DNA from: Zancudomyces culisetae HAW-14-8
Lineage: Eukaryota; Fungi; Kickxellomycota
Length of the DNA stretch: 64,000 nt
Assembly (NCBI GenBank): GCA_052426225.1
Contig: JBNJNM010000011.1
Coordinates: forward strand, 2,914,001 to 2,978,000
Direction of reading: 5' to 3'
This document shows positions 26,441-38,182 of this stretch, one piece after another; position 1 is the stretch's first letter, and every line of letters begins with the position of its first letter. The notes beneath the pieces are model-generated. The model worked only from the letters and a program-made list of their open reading frames with translations. It did not search any database and was not told the DNA's origin. A program made the position numbers and the translations under genes.

Positions 26441-27847
26441 ATGCAAAAGTTTGTAGCAAATAATTTGACAAAGCGGATGCTATTTAGCACAAACCAGCTT
26501 AGACTAGCGAGATCCGTGCGATGCATTTCAAGTAGTGTGAGAATAAACTATTCAGATTCGTTCAAAACAAAGGAAGAGGTAAAAAAGTTTGAAAAGTATA
26601 TGCTGAACACATACAAGAAGCCGGAAAGAATATTTACAAGAGGGAATGGGGTAGAATTGTATGATACTGAGGGTAACAGCTACATTGATTTTACAGCAGG
26701 AATAGCAGTGGTTGCATTGGGTCATGGTAACAAGGAAGTAGCAAAGATATTGTATGAACAGGCTCAAAATGTGGTCCACCTGTCGAATTTATATTATAAT
26801 AAGGAGGCAGGAGAGCTTGCAAAGGAGATGGTAGATACCACTTTACAACAATATGAACAGGGAACATCAGGGATATATGCTAAAGATGAGCAAGGTGGGC
26901 CAAAAGTATTTTTCTCTAACTCAGGAACGGAGGCCAACGAGGGTGCATTGAAGATTGCTCGAAAGTATGGGAAGCTGATTGCGGCAGAAAGAAATGACGG
27001 AATGCCAGCAGATCTAAAAAGCAACATTGTATGTTTCACTAATGCGTTTCATGGGAGAAGCATGGGTGCGCTGTCAGTAACACCGAATCCAAAATACCAA
27101 AATAGCTATTCGCCACTGATTCCAAACGTGACTGTGGCCAGATTCAATGATACAACCGAGTTGAATACTATTATCGATGATCGAACATGTGCGGTGATTG
27201 TAGAACCATTACAGGGAGAGGGAGGGATTAACATTGCAACGGAGAACTTTTTGAAGGCGGTCAGAAACAGATGTACCCAGTCTAAGGCCGTTTTGATTTA
27301 TGATGAAATTCAGTGTGGGTTGGGAAGAACAGGAAAGCTTTGGGGACATCAAAACTACTCACCACAAACGAGTCCAGACATAATTACCTGTGCAAAACCC
27401 TTGGCTAATGGGGTACCAATTGGCGCGATAATTGTAAGCAGTGCGATTAGTAAGGCGATTAACCCAGGGGATCATGGGACCACATTTGGTGGAAACCCAC
27501 TAGCGTGCAGTGTTGGAAGATATGTATTTAAAACCATATCTAAACCCGAGTTTCTACAAGACGTTAAGGCTAAAGGCGAATACCTCACTACTAGATTGAA
27601 TGAGATATGCAAGCCGTATCTTAACTCTTCAGTTATCAATATCCGTGGTAAAGGTCTGATCATAGGTGTGCAGTTTAAAGATAACAAAATAACGTCAGAA
27701 ATAGTTAAGAAAGCCATGGATAGCGGACTGTTGTTAGTTGAAGCATCTAACAATACGATTAGATTTGTTCCGCCACTTATTATTACAAAAGATGAGATCG
27801 ATCAAGCAATTGGAATTCTTGAGAAGGTCATGAAGGAGGTAATTTAA
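26441..27847 (+). CDS. ARG8: Mitochondrial acetylornithine aminotransferase
   Basis: DFTAGIAVVALGH, NSGTEANEGALK, FHGRS, EPLQGEGG, DEIQCGLGRTG, AKPLANG (PLP lysine) and HGTTFGGNPLA, with an Arg-rich presequence. Confidence 0.95.
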   Translation: MQKFVANNLTKRMLFSTNQLRLARSVRCISSSVRINYSDSFKTKEEVKKFEKYMLNTYKKPERIFTRGNGVELYDTEGNSYIDFTAGIAVVALGHGNKEVAKILYEQAQNVVHLSNLYYNKEAGELAKEMVDTTLQQYEQGTSGIYAKDEQGGPKVFFSNSGTEANEGALKIARKYGKLIAAERNDGMPADLKSNIVCFTNAFHGRSMGALSVTPNPKYQNSYSPLIPNVTVARFNDTTELNTIIDDRTCAVIVEPLQGEGGINIATENFLKAVRNRCTQSKAVLIYDEIQCGLGRTGKLWGHQNYSPQTSPDIITCAKPLANGVPIGAIIVSSAISKAINPGDHGTTFGGNPLACSVGRYVFKTISKPEFLQDVKAKGEYLTTRLNEICKPYLNSSVINIRGKGLIIGVQFKDNKITSEIVKKAMDSGLLLVEASNNTIRFVPPLIITKDEIDQAIGILEKVMKEVI

Positions 27848-28489
27848 AAAGAAAAAACTTGCCTACTTAACCTTAATATTCTTTTGTAATAAAAGAACGA
27901 TCTTTACGATGTTATTAAATAAAGTACACTTACATTTACTCTAGTTTTATATACGTGTAAGATCAGCAATAAATTTTGAATCCAAATGTAGTGGTGGTTT
28001 AGTTTTCAGCATGGGTCTAAAAAGATGAAACTGATCAGTGTCTAACATTTTGAGCTAACATTTTGAGCTAAACTTGTATTATTTTTTTTGCGTTCTTCTG
28101 CCAAACTCGTGCCTTAGTCAGCAAAATTGCGGAAGGGGCGAATCGATGTGAATTGGGGAGGGGGAGGTTAGGGTGGGGTTTAAAGGCAAATGGTGAAATA
28201 GGCTATTTGCTCCCAGCCAACAAAATTTTCATTTTAGAAATTCGACAAAATTGGATATAAACACAGTATTTCAGAGTAAAAAGAAAATTCTCCCATTTCC
28301 AATTCAATAGTAAACCCCAAGAAAAACAAAACACATACTTTTCAATTAATCGGAAAGGCAGTGTTCACATGAAGTGTATAGAGCAAAAATTATCATAAAT
28401 AGAACAAGCATTTCCAACAACACGAGAGATATTAGACAAGAAATCCGCCCATCCAGACATAAAGAGTAGAAAGGAGCGTATGGGATAGG

Positions 28490-30067
28490 ATGGAAAAGGT
28501 CACAGGCGAGGAGGGACTAAAGATTGTTAGAAGATTAGTAGCCATAGTGGCAAGGGTTTTTTATTCAGACAAGTACATCATTGTGTTGGACTACTTGAAT
28601 GTAAAAGAAAGGTATTGAAAACTTGTAAGAATATGATTATTATTTTTTTAATTGCTCGATTTTAATGGATATTTTGCTTTAAATGCCGAAAACAGGGCCA
28701 GAGAAGATGAGATATCAAGATACCTGCAAATCCCAGTCAGAGAAGTTCACAAGATATGCGGACAGCTAAGGGAGGAGAAAATACTGCGCAGTCAGAGTAG
28801 ATTAGAATCAAGGAAGGCTGAACAGAGAGCGGTATCGCGAACATATTATTTTCTAGACTACAAACTATTTGTAGACGTGGTAAAATGGCGAATGTGGAAA
28901 TTACAAGAAAGCATAAAAAATAGAATGGAGGTAGAGAGATCCAAGCAAGGGTACATCTGTCCCAATTGCGGTTCAGAGTATTCGACAATGCAGGCCTTAT
29001 CTTTAGTGGACTATGCAACAGGGTTATTTAAATGCGAATTTTGCAGTGCGGTGCTAGAAGATAACACTAAATCTGAACTATCTACACAGGCACAACAAAT
29101 TTTATCGAAGCTGATGGATCAGTGTGCTCCGATTTTAAATGTACTAAAGCTGACAGATAACATAATACTACCACCACATACACCTTTTGATCAGGTGGTT
29201 CCTCCTGACAATCTTTTGCTTGAAGATCAGCGATTTAGATACGATCAACGTGCGTCTGAGGATATGATTAACAGCTTGAATGAGGGAGAAGATAGCAATA
29301 GAGATGCTTTGGAGGGCTCAGGTACAGGTTCGGGTAAGGACAATGTAATTGTTGAATTTGGTGAAGATATGAGCTTAGAGCAAGCAGTGCAGAAACGAGA
29401 GGAGAAGATTAAATTGAAGCGCAAGCAAAATGCATTACCACCATGGCATGTTTGGAGCACTGTTTCTAACTCGCTGATGGTTCCTGAATATTTAATTCCT
29501 TTGGAGCTAAATAAAAAAGCAAAGTCTGAGAACAGCAACAATGAAAAAGGTGATTCAAATGTAGAAATCAAACGAATATACCAATACTACGAAAGTCTCT
29601 CGAGGGCTATTAATCCAAAAGATGCACCGCTTCAATCACCCGCAACTGTAACAACAGGAGCAACAACAGAGATAACAACAGCATCGACAGATGACGCTGG
29701 CGATAAATCCGGTACTGATGGTGTTCGTTTATTCGATAGCTTTATTGTGGCTGCCTCCCCGAGCTCGTCCAAATCTTCAGACACTTCTACAGCTGAAAAA
29801 AAAACTGACGAACTGAACAGTGGCGAAAACATAAAGCCGTTCCGCCTAGTTGTGACTCAACTGGTGAACAATATGTCGAATGGGTTGTCCTTAGACCCTA
29901 AAAAACTTCTTGACAGCAATTATCTCCTTAGTCTATCTCCTACTCAGTATTCGGTCTTGTACTCCAAGCTTTACGCCGAGTTGAAAAAGTATTTATTCAA
30001 CGCTACCAATGCTGATGGGTTTGACTCGGATGGCTTTATATCTTTTTTGATTTCCTGCTATCAGTAA
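28490..30067 (+). CDS. TFA1: Transcription factor IIE alpha subunit
   Basis: Exon 1 from the ATG at 28490 (MEKVTGEEGLKIVRRLVAIVARVFY), intron at about 28612-28695. Motifs YYFLDYKLFVDVVKWR, zinc ribbon CPNC...CEFC and QNALPPWH. Confidence 0.9.
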
Positions 30068-30510
30068 ACATATCTTTATTGGCAAGAAGTCCTGATGTTT
30101 CATGTATTACTGCCTACACATTGATTATCTATCGTTTTCTCTTATAGCCATTTGTATAAAAAATAAATCGATTAATCTCAGCACAAATCCATCACACATG
30201 TTGAACCGTGATATGTTTGATACTATGACAAAAGGCTACTTAGTGAGAGTATATCGGCTATTCTATTTTTTCCCCTATATAATCTGAAATAGCTTGTGTT
30301 TAGTTTCTTGGTGCATTTTTTTTAATTTTCTTTGGCTGGACTTATGAACTGACAAAAAATTTTTGACCAATTTTTATTATCAGTCCAAAACAAACCGAAT
30401 GGGTGATAAATTACAGCTAAATCTCTCGAAAAACACATCTAATACTAAATACCTTTTTATTAAAGCGAGATTTCTGAAATCAAGAAAACTAAACGTTTAT
30501 ATTTAGCAAA

Positions 30511-31329
30511 ATGGTAAGGCTAACATTATATATAACTATACACATTATGTCTAGTATCGGTACAATTACTCTGGACGATAAATACGCATTTATCAAAAAA
30601 AAGTACTTATAATTTATTGCTGCCGACTTTCATTTTTCACATCCAAACGATTCTCCCAAGTAACGAAACTTTTTGTCTTAAATAGGGAGGAGGTCCAATG
30701 AAGCCATATCCAAAAAACGTCTGGTAAGTCAAATTCTCACTTTACCTTAGCACAAATGCCTATTCATAGAATAAATAAATGTAATCAATAATGTATCGAA
30801 TCGAGAATGGTTTGAAATCTTGCTAATACACCTAAATCTTACAAAAGGTCACCTGCTGGTGGTTGGTGGTCCCAGCCAAAGGCCTGGAAAAGAAACTCCG
30901 TGATTGTGGGCCTTGGCACAACAGTACTTACTGGTTTTTTATTTTACAAATCCGCACAGATTGAGGTAATACTAAACACGATTGTATCTACATTGGTCTA
31001 TCTTCTTATATCTCTTTTTCCTCACTTTTCTTTTTTTCGAAATTAAGTTTAATTATGAGAGTCTGGTTTGGTACGAGCATAAACTACATTTCTTGCCTTG
31101 CAATTTTTATTTTTAGAGACGCACTTCGTATCCAACCGACTGGGTTCCTTCAATGCTATGGGCCAAGCAATTTAAGGTAATAATACACAAAACAGTATAT
31201 ATTTTGCCTACTTTTACACATAGCTGGTCATTATAACTCCCTTGAACAACGTTAATAAAATACACCCCTTTAATTGAATTTATCTAGGAGGACGATCCTA
31301 AATTCCAGCCACCTAAATTCAGAGAATAA
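30511..31329 (+). CDS. NUUM: Small complex I accessory subunit, NUUM-like (5 exons, not in the ORF track)
   Basis: Exons 30511-30513, 30686-30723, 30848-30965, 31117-31176 and 31288-31329 give MGGGPMKPYPKNVWSPAGGWWSQPKAWKRNSVIVGLGTTVLTGFLFYKSAQIERRTSYPTDWVPSMLWAKQFKEDDPKFQPPKFRE*. YPKxVWSPAGGW is the family signature. Confidence 0.85.
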
Positions 31330-31667
31330 CCTTCGCCGTTTATTTTCCTTTTAGATGAATGCATTTCCTTTTTGTTTAAAAAATACATGAAAATAGCGCT
31401 ATTTATATTCTTAGCAGAACAACAACTCCAATTTTCAATCACATGGTTTTTTTAGTTGGTAGTTTTGTCTACCCTTTATTATATAAAACATGCTCCAGTA
31501 TTCAATACACTATCTAGTTCTTTCAAAATAGCAGCTATTTTATGCACACAAAAAAAAAAGAAATAGTAAAAATGTCGAAAGTCGGTTTAATAGGAACAAC
31601 TACTAATAATACTATCACGCTAGATGCTCATGACTTTGTGTATTTATGCATATAGTGACCAGATAGT

Positions 31668-32664
31668 TTAGCCTTGGTAAAATGTTGGTAATTTATCACC
31701 AGGAACAAATATTCTTTCTACATTATCCTTAGTGATAACTGCCAATCTAATTACTCCGCCCGAGGATCCATCTCTTGACATTGCGAGTGATACAGCTATT
31801 GTTGGTACAATTTAAAATCGTTGAGTACAGCAAAATATAAAACATATCACCCCCACCCCCCCACAAGACCATGAATGTCAATATGTGCAGAAACGAGTCT
31901 ACAAGATTATATGTCTTACCATTTTTGACAAACTCGATACATTGTTCCTTTGTCATTCCTGGCTTGTAAATTGTATCACAATACCCATAAATATATGACG
32001 AACCAGACCCTATTATCATAAATTTATCATGTTATGACTTTCATTCTGGTGAGCCTCCTGTTGACGCAAGTAAAAAAACGCAATAAAATATATGTATTAT
32101 GTAAAATATAGAATTTAAAATTTGGATTGTATAGTATACCTCCTATAGCATATTCCTCTTTATGTATTGAGCCACCGAGCGGAATATTATAGATTGATGG
32201 ACCTTCAACATCATCGACGCCTGCAACAATGATTCCTGCCATCAGGCTGTCTTTATATTGATAGCAGAGCTCTTTAAACAATGAAGCCGCTGCTTTCACA
32301 GGTGGTTTTCCGCCATTCGTAACCGAGTATAATTGCATGTAGTGATGCGTGATATCCGCTAACGCCTGTGTGTCAGCTGCACTACCCGACCTGCAGCAGT
32401 ATATTGTGTCGTGAATTTTGGTCAATTTATCCGTCACTCGATTTGCTATATACGAGCCCGTTGTTGTTCTTGAATCTGCACCCATAACCACGCCATCTGC
32501 GAATTTTACTGCCATGATTGTTGTCTGTATTTGATTATTATTTGTTATACTTAGTCACATATATTGGATTAGAGTGTTCCTGTAATGTTATGGTATACAC
32601 AGAATGAAGAGTACATAGAATTACTTACACCCAAATTTACTTCTCCTGGTTTCAGCGAGGCCAT
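31668..32664 (-). CDS. PRE3: 20S proteasome subunit beta1
   Basis: Propeptide [12 protein letters not shown] spliced to TTIMAVKF (catalytic Thr). Motifs [43 protein letters not shown] and [10 protein letters not shown]. Confidence 0.95.
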
Positions 32665-33882
32665 CTTGATGTCTTTTTGTGATTCTTTGTTTGTTTTTTT
32701 ATGAAGGATTGTACGTTGAACAGTAAAAAAACCACTAGTATTTCAGTTATTGTTATTTTGTTTTTAGCAAAAGGTTTTGGGTTGTGGTTAAAATAGCTTT
32801 GGGAGAATAGCTGAATATTTGTTTACACTGCTAAATTTTCAAACTCGCCAATTTTGGTAGCCAATTTAATTTAATTGAAAGTTTTACTGAATTACGTATT
32901 CAGTTGTTGTCTTTAAATTTTTGTTCTTCCCCCCCCCCTCCCAAACAATACCCAATTAAACGGCAATAAAGCTAGATTAGGGGCAGACCAAAAATATGCT
33001 ATATGGATATTTGATAGCGGATCGCTATTTATTTTTTCCTGCTAGACATGTAAGCTAGAAATAGGAGGCTCATAGAAAACATGTTGGAACATATGTTCAA
33101 GTGTGTTTGTGACTTAACGTGTTAGAGAAAGGGGTTTCCATCACGTACCAGCTCACGTCAAAACTATTTTGAATATATTTTGCTCATCACTATCTACTTG
33201 GTGCATTGTGAATATTTTCAAGAAAAGTGTTGGCAATTCAGTTTGAAAGGCTGTATTTTTCAATTCACCTAGCAACGTGGTTCAAGCTTTGCTCGTTTTT
33301 TGATCTAAAGCCGCAAATTTCAAAACCAAGAGAAAATTTTTTTTTGTATCAGTAAAAGATTTACGGCAATGTTGAGGGAAAAAATCTGATGGAATCGATA
33401 ACTTGTGCACAGTTCTTGTGGTAGATGAAGTTGCCAAAATATTGATGTTGAAAAAAAAATTGCTCATATACCGCTTTTTAATATATATCAAAAAAAAGCT
33501 GCTAACGATTCGAAGAATCTTCTTGTGTTGATTGGGTATAGAGTCTTGGTGTCTTACCAGTATATTGTCTTTTGGCTTCTTAAGAAAATGGTCCTGGGCT
33601 AAGAACAGAGAAATAATCAGAGAAAAAGATCAAATTTAGATAAAGGCTATTCAAATCAGCAGAAAACTTCAATTCACACAACGATATCAACAGTTATAAA
33701 TCAATATACATAGAGCACAAGTGTGTGATCGCCTAAAGCATATTACAGCTTTTCCATTGAAAAATATAGGTAGATACGAGACTAGATCAGCTCGAGTAAG
33801 CTCCAGAAAGGATAAATAAATACAGTATAGCGCCAACAGAAAAGAATAATACCTTTACCTTGTATTATTATGCACTTTAACT

Positions 33883-36756
33883 ATGAATTGCAGACTGAGA
33901 TGTAAAGATGTTGTAAAAACATATAAACATGCGAACTCGGCTGAAAAATCAACTCATTTTGCGGAAAACAGAAAGCATATGGCAAGGGAATGTATATATT
34001 TTTACACAATCAGAAAATCTTACACAACAAAAAGTACACTAGAAAGAATAGATACGTCAATCTCACTAGAAGTATACAAACATTCAAAGCTAAATAAAAC
34101 AAAACTAGAGAGAAATGCCTCTGCGCGAGAGATCAGAGTAGTTCAAAATTTGTGGAACGTTGATCAAAAAAGTAGATTTAGCAGAAACTTAGGGAATCGT
34201 TGCCATAATAAAAAATATTCCACGATTAGTAGAACGATTAAATCACTAGATGCAACAGAAACGGAAGCGGATATAGCACAACTAAACTCATTAGATGGAA
34301 CCGAAGAAAAAACTCAAAAATTGATGAATCCATGGAAATTCCTCCTTTATGAATTTAGTATAAATGATCGAAATACACTTACTTTTTCACAATTCAAAGC
34401 TATTGTAAAGATACTAGAGGGTTATAATGCGGCTAACCAAAAAGGAAAACTAGAAGAATTGAAAGCTCTATTTGCTGAAGAAGGATCCATTGACAAAAGG
34501 GGAAAGGTAAATATCATTGATAACGATGCTGAAAAAAACAGAGGAGAAGATTTGGAATGGAATCTAAGTAAGCTATGGAGCTGTTATGCCTATTATGTTT
34601 TGAAATGTGAAGGCTACTGTTTTACAGATGGTAAATACGCCACTCAAAAGTTGTATTATAAGGGCTATCATACACATAATGTTGGATTATGCATGAACCT
34701 AATAATTGACAATTCAGATGGTTCGTTGGTGAGTAAGGATTTTCTAAAAATGAGCTACGAGAGGTTTGGGTTTGGGGTCGCTAGTAGAGCCGAAAGAAGT
34801 CTCGAGCTAGCATCTAAACACTTCGAGTTGTACATCGAGAACATTGGCAAGGATATGAGGATGATGCTCGATAGCAAAAAACATGGATCATCGGGTAGAA
34901 TTATCCAACCCGAGGAGTATGACAATTTAGGTATAATGTACGAAGCAGCCAATAACTGCATGGATATTCTTCAATTAAAGATCAGCCGGGCAAAGTTAGG
35001 AGGCAAAAAAGCACTTGCCGATAAAGAATACATAACCAAAGAAATAGGCGAGATATTTAAAACGATAGACCAAATAGTTGGTATGCTACAGAAGCGTAAC
35101 TGTATACAAATGGCAATTCACTTGGTATTAAGATTGGAGCAGTTTTTAGACTACGACAATCAATTTACCAACAGTATTATTCGTTGTTACAACAAACTGA
35201 TTAGTTATTATTCAAAAATAAGTGATGGATCAAACATGGTGGTGACGCTGCTGTATAAAATGGAAAAAGTGATTAATGATTTCCCACCACAAAGGACATG
35301 GAATATCATAATTGCAGGGTTGCTAAACCGCGGAAACCACATGGGAGCGATGAAATTATTTTCAGTTTTACTTGAAAAATCGGGAGTGTTGTCAAGGAAG
35401 GAGATTTTTGAATTGGGTGGCTATTCAAGGTATAGATTGGATAGCAATTACCAACATTATTTCAATACCAGAACAAGAGATAGTAACAATTTTTATAAAA
35501 TTCGGCAGATTAAATACTCTCCAAATAGCGAGATATATTCAACACTAATTGCGGGCTTTAAAAAAAACCCAAAACTTGCAAACACCTTGCGACAGTATTT
35601 TGAGGTTTTGAAACGGATAGCCAAGCCCAAACCAACACAGCTGTCTACTTTTAGCTTGGCGATGTTGAGATCCAGTGAGGTAAGGGCACATTATTTAGCA
35701 AACTTTGTAAAGGGGTTTAGTGAGAAGTTGGAGGGTCAAGCAACGACAGAAGATACTAGTAGCTCCCTTGAGGAAAAGCAGGATAAGGTTACTAACGAAG
35801 TGGTTAACGCCATGTTGCTTGGGTGTGCCAATGACCAGAATATCGAACAAATGTGCACAGTAATTAGGCTATGGCCAGATTTAGTAGATATAAAGTCATT
35901 GTTCCATGTGCTTGTGTTAGTATTGAAACAATTTTATAGAACTTCAACCAGGGGGTTTGACCACTCAGGTGTGAAAAACTCAGGGTATATTGACTCTAAA
36001 GACATCTACGGGCTGATAGACCGTTACACCGGCATCAGATTGCTCAATACCGATTCAATCGCTGAAGCTAGTAGTAGTAACATACAAAACGAGTATATGC
36101 ACAATGAAAGACAATCTTTTTCCGAGCAGAACCAACATGTTTCCCATGGCATTTCAGAGAATAAAGTTGACGATTCAGATTTAATATTTCTAATCAACTT
36201 TTTAGAATTGAAGTTCTTTGCCGACAAAGACATTTTGCTTCAGCGCCAATACCTACTGAAGTCGAATCAATTTATTCTGTCAAAACTCATAGACTTATTG
36301 TTGAATGTGGTGGGGTTCGATTTGGGTACAGTTGTGCGTTTTTACAAGCAGAATTTTATCGAAAGTGCTGCAATTTTAAATATATTTGTGAAGCATTTAG
36401 TTTCTACACACGGGATTCACTATGCATTTCAATTTGTCAAAATCTGCAGCTTTAACTTTGCACAGGAGAAAAACTACTTTGTTGGCACCGATGAAATGTG
36501 TCAACTGCCGGCCAGCCATCCAGATTCATTGAATAGCAGGTCTACCTTGGATTCGAAACGTAATGCTGCAGCGTTTGACGAGCATGACAGTATTTTGCTC
36601 TCTGAATTATACTGCCCTCCTGTCAGCCCTGATCATATTACACGGACTATTCTTTTGCGCAATTTGGCTAGCTCAGCAAACCCAAAAGATGCTCGCCTGT
36701 ACTCTAAAATAGCTTCATTTTTTACTGAAAAATTATTCCCATTACCTTTAAACTGA
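33883..36756 (+). CDS. Pentatricopeptide-repeat-like protein, probably mitochondrial
   Basis: 957-aa ORF with a basic N-terminus and PPR-like motifs RTWNIIIAGLLNRGNHMGAMKLF, PNSEIYSTLIAGF, VVNAMLLGCA and SPDHITRTILL. Confidence 0.65.
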   Translation: MNCRLRCKDVVKTYKHANSAEKSTHFAENRKHMARECIYFYTIRKSYTTKSTLERIDTSISLEVYKHSKLNKTKLERNASAREIRVVQNLWNVDQKSRFSRNLGNRCHNKKYSTISRTIKSLDATETEADIAQLNSLDGTEEKTQKLMNPWKFLLYEFSINDRNTLTFSQFKAIVKILEGYNAANQKGKLEELKALFAEEGSIDKRGKVNIIDNDAEKNRGEDLEWNLSKLWSCYAYYVLKCEGYCFTDGKYATQKLYYKGYHTHNVGLCMNLIIDNSDGSLVSKDFLKMSYERFGFGVASRAERSLELASKHFELYIENIGKDMRMMLDSKKHGSSGRIIQPEEYDNLGIMYEAANNCMDILQLKISRAKLGGKKALADKEYITKEIGEIFKTIDQIVGMLQKRNCIQMAIHLVLRLEQFLDYDNQFTNSIIRCYNKLISYYSKISDGSNMVVTLLYKMEKVINDFPPQRTWNIIIAGLLNRGNHMGAMKLFSVLLEKSGVLSRKEIFELGGYSRYRLDSNYQHYFNTRTRDSNNFYKIRQIKYSPNSEIYSTLIAGFKKNPKLANTLRQYFEVLKRIAKPKPTQLSTFSLAMLRSSEVRAHYLANFVKGFSEKLEGQATTEDTSSSLEEKQDKVTNEVVNAMLLGCANDQNIEQMCTVIRLWPDLVDIKSLFHVLVLVLKQFYRTSTRGFDHSGVKNSGYIDSKDIYGLIDRYTGIRLLNTDSIAEASSSNIQNEYMHNERQSFSEQNQHVSHGISENKVDDSDLIFLINFLELKFFADKDILLQRQYLLKSNQFILSKLIDLLLNVVGFDLGTVVRFYKQNFIESAAILNIFVKHLVSTHGIHYAFQFVKICSFNFAQEKNYFVGTDEMCQLPASHPDSLNSRSTLDSKRNAAAFDEHDSILLSELYCPPVSPDHITRTILLRNLASSANPKDARLYSKIASFFTEKLFPLPLN

Positions 36757-37026
36757 CATAGCATAGAGATTTTAAATTTCCGTATAGCTTTGCATACAAA
36801 CCTAGATCCATTTATTTCACATAATAAACACACACCTGCACTAAATCTGTTTTATTTTAATGATAGCATCTTTTAACAAAGAATGTCCTATTTCACATAC
36901 CATTCATCATTACAAAATGAAGTAAAAGGACCATTTGAAAAGTATAAAATATATTTGAAGAGAATGAATAAGTGCCAAGTAGGCAAGAATATAAAATGAA
37001 AAAAAAATAAAAAAAACAAAAAAATT

Positions 37027-37600
37027 CTAATAATACATAAAAGCATATAGCAATCTATGCTGACATTGACTCTGCACAGTATCAAGAATATCCCAAATTT
37101 CAGTATCCAAATCCTTAGAGTCGCTAATAAGTTTAACTAGTTTTTCAATGGTTCCACCTCCCTTGGTTGCATCAACATGATTATCTTTGATTTCCACATT
37201 GATCACATGCACGGGTTGCGAACTTCTTCCTTGTCGGAGTAACAACTCCTCACAGACCGCATCAAAACACCTTTCCTCACAAGTTATTACTACATCAAAT
37301 TTCTGTTGTGAAAGCTGGAATTTTTGCGGAGCTAACTTTAAATCGATGTTCCGTTGCAACATCTTTAATAGTCCATTTTTCACGTATAATGAGGGATTTT
37401 TTTTTGCTGAGATCCTCATATATTTTAAGATAGGGTGTGCCAAACTCGTATACATTCGGCCTGTCAATCGATTCGCCTGGCAAACGAACCATTGTTCCCG
37501 TGCCAAATGAATTCACGTTTTTGCCTAGTCTCGTCAAAACCAGATGACCCTCCATACTACGGTTCATATTACTTGCACAGATTACCGCATATCTGACCAT
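37027..37600 (-). CDS. SSU72: RNA polymerase II CTD phosphatase Ssu72, split by a 1-nt frameshift at 37397-37405
   Basis: The catalytic [19 protein letters not shown] and [10 protein letters not shown] lie in one frame; [26 protein letters not shown] and [10 protein letters not shown] lie in another. The frames meet at an A9 run, and A8 would restore the frame. Confidence 0.9.
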
Positions 37601-37999
37601 ATTTTACTATGTTCCTCTTTTGGTTGTTTCGTTTCTAGGGATTGATATTTCGCTATAGTGTCAAATGGTAGAGCAATCAAAGGGCTTAATAAACGAAAAA
37701 ATGTATATATTAAAATTTTAGTTTTCGCCGCAAGAATTATTTGCTTAATTAAACAAGTTCTCGCTATTTAGCTTGATTGATGCTTGCACTTTTTTTGTTG
37801 GTGTGTAGAGTGGGTAGATTTTGTAGCCTAGCCAATTGAAATGATAATGGGTTTTATATGTAAAAAAAAACCTTTTACATTACAAAAAAAATAAGCGTAG
37901 TATCAACTTATGTTTACTTTCAGATGACTTTAAAGAGCGAATAGTTAGTGACAAGTGATATATATAAGAGATAAATAGAAAAGGTACCAAGGTTCTAAA

Positions 38000-38182
38000 A
38001 TGTATTTTACGGATCAACATGAAAGAATAATCGAGACACTATTCGAAATATCTACGGATTTAGATGCCAAACTATCTAAAAAGCAGATTCAAATAGTAAT
38101 GAACCTACTACGTTGTGGTGTTAATCCCAACGCTATTGTCGCCGCTATAAAAGAGGTACATACCGAAAGCAAAGCCACATAA
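38000..38182 (+). CDS. MZT1: MOZART1/Mzt1, gamma-tubulin complex subunit
   Basis: 60 aa. ETLFEISTDLDAKL...LLRCGVNPNAIVAAIKEV matches the MOZART1 signature. Confidence 0.85.
   Translation: MYFTDQHERIIETLFEISTDLDAKLSKKQIQIVMNLLRCGVNPNAIVAAIKEVHTESKAT

Noticed and set aside
37652-37690. tRNA-like fragment (TAGTGTCAAATGGTAGAGCA)
   Set aside because: No anticodon arm, T-loop (GTTCRA) or acceptor stem.
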